A stretch of 64,000 nucleotides of DNA from an uncultured Bacilli bacterium (GTDB lineage Bacteria; Bacillota_I; Bacilli_A; RF39; UBA660): positions 770 through 64,769 of the forward strand of contig CALVIV010000002.1 of NCBI GenBank assembly GCA_944331935.1, written 5' to 3'. Below the pieces are notes generated by a model. That model did no database searches, was not told the DNA's origin, and saw only the letters and a program-made list of their open reading frames with translations. A program made the translations under genes and the position numbers. The number at the start of each line of letters is the position of its first letter. Position 1 is the stretch's first letter. Positions 60,640 to 64,000 of the stretch are shown one piece after another.

Positions 60640-61455
60640 CTAGTAACGGTCTAAAAAGGAAGTAACTTTACCATCATCTTGATAACTTATAAGGGTTTCT
60701 AGATTAACTTTCTCAGTGCTTTTGAAGATATTATTATCAATAACATCACTTTTTTCTCTAAGCTCCTTAAGTAGTTTTTTAATTTCTAGACGTTTTGAAT
60801 TACTTTCAGCGCCTTTATTTTCTGTAAATTTACAAGCACAGTTTATAAAGGTGTACTCATTATATTGCCAGAATTTCTTAATAGATTCTTCTCTTACTAG
60901 ATAAAGAGGTCTAATAAGTTCCATACCAGGAAAGTTGGTGCTATGTAATTTAGGTAACATAGTTTTAAATTCTCCTCCATAAAACATTGATAGAAGAATA
61001 GTTTCAATTACATCGTCAAAATGATGTCCTAAGGCAATTTTATTACATCCTAAGTCTTTAGCAGTCTTATAAAGAAAACCTCTTCGCATTCTTGCACACA
61101 TATAACAAGGATGGTCTTTATCTAGCTTGTTAGCAACTTCAAAGATATCAGAGTTAAATATTTTATAGTCAATTTCTAAGGCTTCTAAATTATCTTTTAT
61201 TACTTTTAAAGTTTCTTCTTTGTATCCGGGGTTCATAACGATATATGATAGTTTAAAGTTAGTCTTGCCATGCTTCTGTAACTCTTCTAGACATTTGGCA
61301 AGTAAGACGGAGTCTTTCCCTCCAGAGATACAAACAGCGATATGGTCATTTTCATTTACAAGAGAATAATCTCTAATCGCTTTCATAAACTTACGCCAGA
61401 TATCTTTACGATATTTCGTTATAAGACTATGTTCTACTTGGTCTTTACTTTTCAT
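60640..61455 (-). CDS. PP-loop ATPase, TtcA-like tRNA thiolation enzyme
   Basis: SGGKDS PP-loop, Cys motifs CxxC, LGHHFDD. Start at the ATG at 61455. Confidence 0.7.
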   Translation of the reverse strand: MKSKDQVEHSLITKYRKDIWRKFMKAIRDYSLVNENDHIAVCISGGKDSVLLAKCLEELQKHGKTNFKLSYIVMNPGYKEETLKVIKDNLEALEIDYKIFNSDIFEVANKLDKDHPCYMCARMRRGFLYKTAKDLGCNKIALGHHFDDVIETILLSMFYGGEFKTMLPKLHSTNFPGMELIRPLYLVREESIKKFWQYNEYTFINCACKFTENKGAESNSKRLEIKKLLKELREKSDVIDNNIFKSTEKVNLETLISYQDDGKVTSFLDRY

Positions 61456-62296
61456 TTTTAAACACCTTCTTAAATGATGTAGGGACACTACTTTCAAAAG
61501 TATAAGTTTTATTATTAAGAGGATTAGTTATAATTAATTTACTAGCATGTAAATATAGTCTATTAGATTTATTGCCGCCATACTTTTTATCTCCTACTAT
61601 AGGACTTCCTAAATGATTTAAGACTACTCTTATCTGATTACGTCTTCCTGTTTTGATATTAACTTTAACAAGAGAATCTTTATTGTTCTTATTAATTGTC
61701 TTGATGGAAGTAATAGCAAGCTTACCTTCTTTTTTGTTAGTAACAATAACTTTGTCTGGTCCTACTTCTTTTAGATAACAAGTATAGTCATCTATATCTT
61801 TTACATTACCTGTTACTAAAGCGATATATTCCCTTGTTTTTACATATTTATCCCAATTATTTTGTAGAAGATTTTTTAAAGTATTATCTTTTACAAAGAC
61901 TAATACTCCTGATGTATCTTTATCAAGACGATGTAAGACAAAGATTTTATCAGACTTCTTTCTATTTTTAATAAATTCTCTAACATAGTGATAGGCGGTC
62001 TTTTCTTTTTCTTTAGTAGTACTTATTGATAAAAGTCCGGCAGGTTTATTTATTACAAAGAAATATTCATCTTCATAAATGATATCAAGATTACTTTTCT
62101 TATGAGTTTTATTAGTCTTACTAAGTTCAATAACATCATTTTTCTTAACAATTGTATTATACTTGGTTACAACTTTACCATTAACTAGAACTCCCCCATC
62201 TTTTAGATAATTCTTTATCTTTTTCTTACTTAAGTCCTTAAATAAAATAAATAATGTATCTAATAGTTCTCCTTTTTCTTTAACAGTGCCTTTCAT
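61445..62296 (-). CDS. RluA-family pseudouridine synthase
   Basis: S4-like N-domain, catalytic HRLDKDTSGVLVF, and RNQIRV. Confidence 0.85.
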   Translation of the reverse strand: MKGTVKEKGELLDTLFILFKDLSKKKIKNYLKDGGVLVNGKVVTKYNTIVKKNDVIELSKTNKTHKKSNLDIIYEDEYFFVINKPAGLLSISTTKEKEKTAYHYVREFIKNRKKSDKIFVLHRLDKDTSGVLVFVKDNTLKNLLQNNWDKYVKTREYIALVTGNVKDIDDYTCYLKEVGPDKVIVTNKKEGKLAITSIKTINKNNKDSLVKVNIKTGRRNQIRVVLNHLGSPIVGDKKYGGNKSNRLYLHASKLIITNPLNNKTYTFESSVPTSFKKVFKNEK

Positions 62297-62367
62297 TAAT
62301 ACCACACTTCCCTTCAAAATACGGTTTTATTTTATCAGATAAAAAGAAAAAAGTCTATCACTAGACT

Positions 62368-64000
62368 TTAATCAAATAAGTTATTGAATTTATATTTAAA
62401 GACACGATAAGCATATTTCTTAGAGTTGTAATTAAACTGTCTTATTAAATTGCCATCATTATCATATTCACCAAATGAGTTATCTTTACCACTACCTACA
62501 ACGATATTACCATCATCATCTAATATTTCAACATCACTTACTATGCTTGAGTAAGGTATTTCAAAACTCTTAACTAATTCATAAGTCTTATCATTTTCAT
62601 TAACTTTATATTGATAGAAGTATGATGTTTCTCCTTCATTATAAGTACCAGTACCAGGATAATTAGACCAATCAAAGTTAGGTCTTGTTCTAGCACCTTG
62701 GTAATTGTTGTTAAACATATATAAGTAATATTCTCCATCTTCTAAGTCGTCATCTGTATAGTAAGTAATACTATGTTGTCCTGCTTGAGAAACAAAGTCA
62801 CCTACTTTTTCATATAATAAATCACCATACGAAGTATCTTCTGTAACAGATTCATCTGTTAATAAGTATTTAACACTAGGGTCAGTATAAGCATTACTAA
62901 TATAGATTATAGTACTTAACTCTCTTGAACTTAAGACAATATCATTATCACCTATTAAAGATAAACTATTCATATGAATCCAGTCTAACTCATAGCCACC
63001 ATAAGTATTTTTACCTTCTGGTTTAACTGCATTTAAGTAAAACTCTGGTAATAAGTCTTTCATATCAAGTATCTTCTTAACTTTACCTGTATCAAGGTCA
63101 AGGGTAATAACGATATCTTCAATAGTATCAGTACCATCTTCATTAACTAATATTACAAAACGGTTATTATCTTCATCATAAACCATATCATGATGCATTG
63201 TATAGTTACCTAAGTCATAGAATTTTTCTATTTTACCTAAGTCATTTACTTTAACTATACCTTTCTTATTATAAGCATAATACATATAGTCATCATTAAA
63301 GATAATACGGTCTGCTCTATAACTATCTAAAACAAACTCTTCTCTTAGTACTCCTTCATTATCATATAGATAAATATTAGAGTTATAGTTTTTATCATGA
63401 CCTAAGACTGCATATAGACCATCTGTTAATTCTTCTTCACTATCTCCATCTACTATTTCTAGTTGATTATCTATTTCAGCGATAGATTTTGGTGTTGTAA
63501 TAGTAAATTCATGTTCCTCGTCACCACTTTTTAATGTTAAAGTATTGACTTCTCCTGGGACAAAACCAATTAATTGATATTCATTACTATCTTTATGAGA
63601 TATTTTCTTTTCAAAATCACTATATCCTTCTGTTTCAATTTTATAGTCAAGAGTCTTATCACTATCAGTATAATATAAATAGTAAGATAGTGAGCCAGTA
63701 CCGTATGGATTATGAATTAGTAAGGGATTTTCTAAAGTATAATCTGCAGAGTCCTTTAAAGCATCAATTTTCTCTTCGATTATATTTTGATAATCTTCAC
63801 TAAAAATAGAAATATCTTCATCTTTCTTTACTTCATACACTCCTTCATCATTTTTTACTAACTCCACATTTTCTCTTATCCAAGCTGGGTCTGTTAATAG
63901 ATTTTTTTGATATCTATCATAGACTCTAAAACTTAGATAAATAATTCCTGCTATTATGGCTATAATAATGATAGCTAGTAAAAACTTCTTCCAATGTTTC
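62368..64000 (-). CDS. arylsulfotransferase (ASST)-like beta-propeller protein, membrane anchored (5' end beyond the window)
   Basis: The frame stays open upstream of the ORF-track start to the window edge and encodes a TM helix (FLLAIIIIAIIAGIIYL). Motifs MHHD and DWIHMNS. Confidence 0.6.
   Translation of the reverse strand, partial: KHWKKFLLAIIIIAIIAGIIYLSFRVYDRYQKNLLTDPAWIRENVELVKNDEGVYEVKKDEDISIFSEDYQNIIEEKIDALKDSADYTLENPLLIHNPYGTGSLSYYLYYTDSDKTLDYKIETEGYSDFEKKISHKDSNEYQLIGFVPGEVNTLTLKSGDEEHEFTITTPKSIAEIDNQLEIVDGDSEEELTDGLYAVLGHDKNYNSNIYLYDNEGVLREEFVLDSYRADRIIFNDDYMYYAYNKKGIVKVNDLGKIEKFYDLGNYTMHHDMVYDEDNNRFVILVNEDGTDTIEDIVITLDLDTGKVKKILDMKDLLPEFYLNAVKPEGKNTYGGYELDWIHMNSLSLIGDNDIVLSSRELSTIIYISNAYTDPSVKYLLTDESVTEDTSYGDLLYEKVGDFVSQAGQHSITYYTDDDLEDGEYYLYMFNNNYQGARTRPNFDWSNYPGTGTYNEGETSYFYQYKVNENDKTYELVKSFEIPYSSIVSDVEILDDDGNIVVGSGKDNSFGEYDNDGNLIRQFNYNSKKYAYRVFKYKFNNLFD

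Overview
AT-rich chromosomal segment from a spore-forming, low-GC Firmicute. There are three blocks. (1) 1-15,957 holds housekeeping, cell-envelope and sporulation genes: yqeK-like HD hydrolase, an orphan histidine kinase, two tandem CotY/CotZ-like coat proteins, a SEDS protein, a lone tRNA-Ala, and the radC-mreC-mreD-spoIVFA-like-spoIVFB-like block. (2) 15,958-52,727 is a roughly 36.8 kb HK97-like siphovirus prophage. It is inserted into the 3' end of tRNA-Phe and bounded by a 19-bp direct repeat. From right to left it carries the integrase, a cI-like/Cro-like switch, a long ORF-free structured region, DnaD-like and DnaB-like replication genes, about 20 small early ORFs, and a second tyrosine recombinase. 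It continues with a SpoVG homologue, a GT4 glycosyltransferase, an ArpU-like regulator, HNH-TerS-TerL-portal-protease-capsid, tail genes, three paralogous putative receptor-binding proteins, holin/endolysin, and a cargo end. (3) 52,709-64,000 holds a 10-tRNA cluster followed by sporulation-linked genes (yutH-like, yutD, yunB, ylmC/ymxH, sigG) and RNA-modification genes. Four items deserve most follow-up. First, a self-contained, apparently autoregulated Panacea/DUF4065 gene plus an unclassified 148-aa partner at the prophage cargo end, a candidate toxin-antitoxin or defence module with an unrecognised toxin. Second, a roughly 415-nt ORF-free, visibly GC-richer, helix-rich region in the early operon with an antisense promoter/terminator pair. 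Third, three tandem tail-tip paralogues that share only an approximately 20-aa N-terminal adaptor. Fourth, a second recombinase and a SpoVG homologue in the early region. No CRISPR array, rRNA, reverse transcriptase or transposase was seen. All family assignments come from reading motifs by eye and have not been checked by any search.
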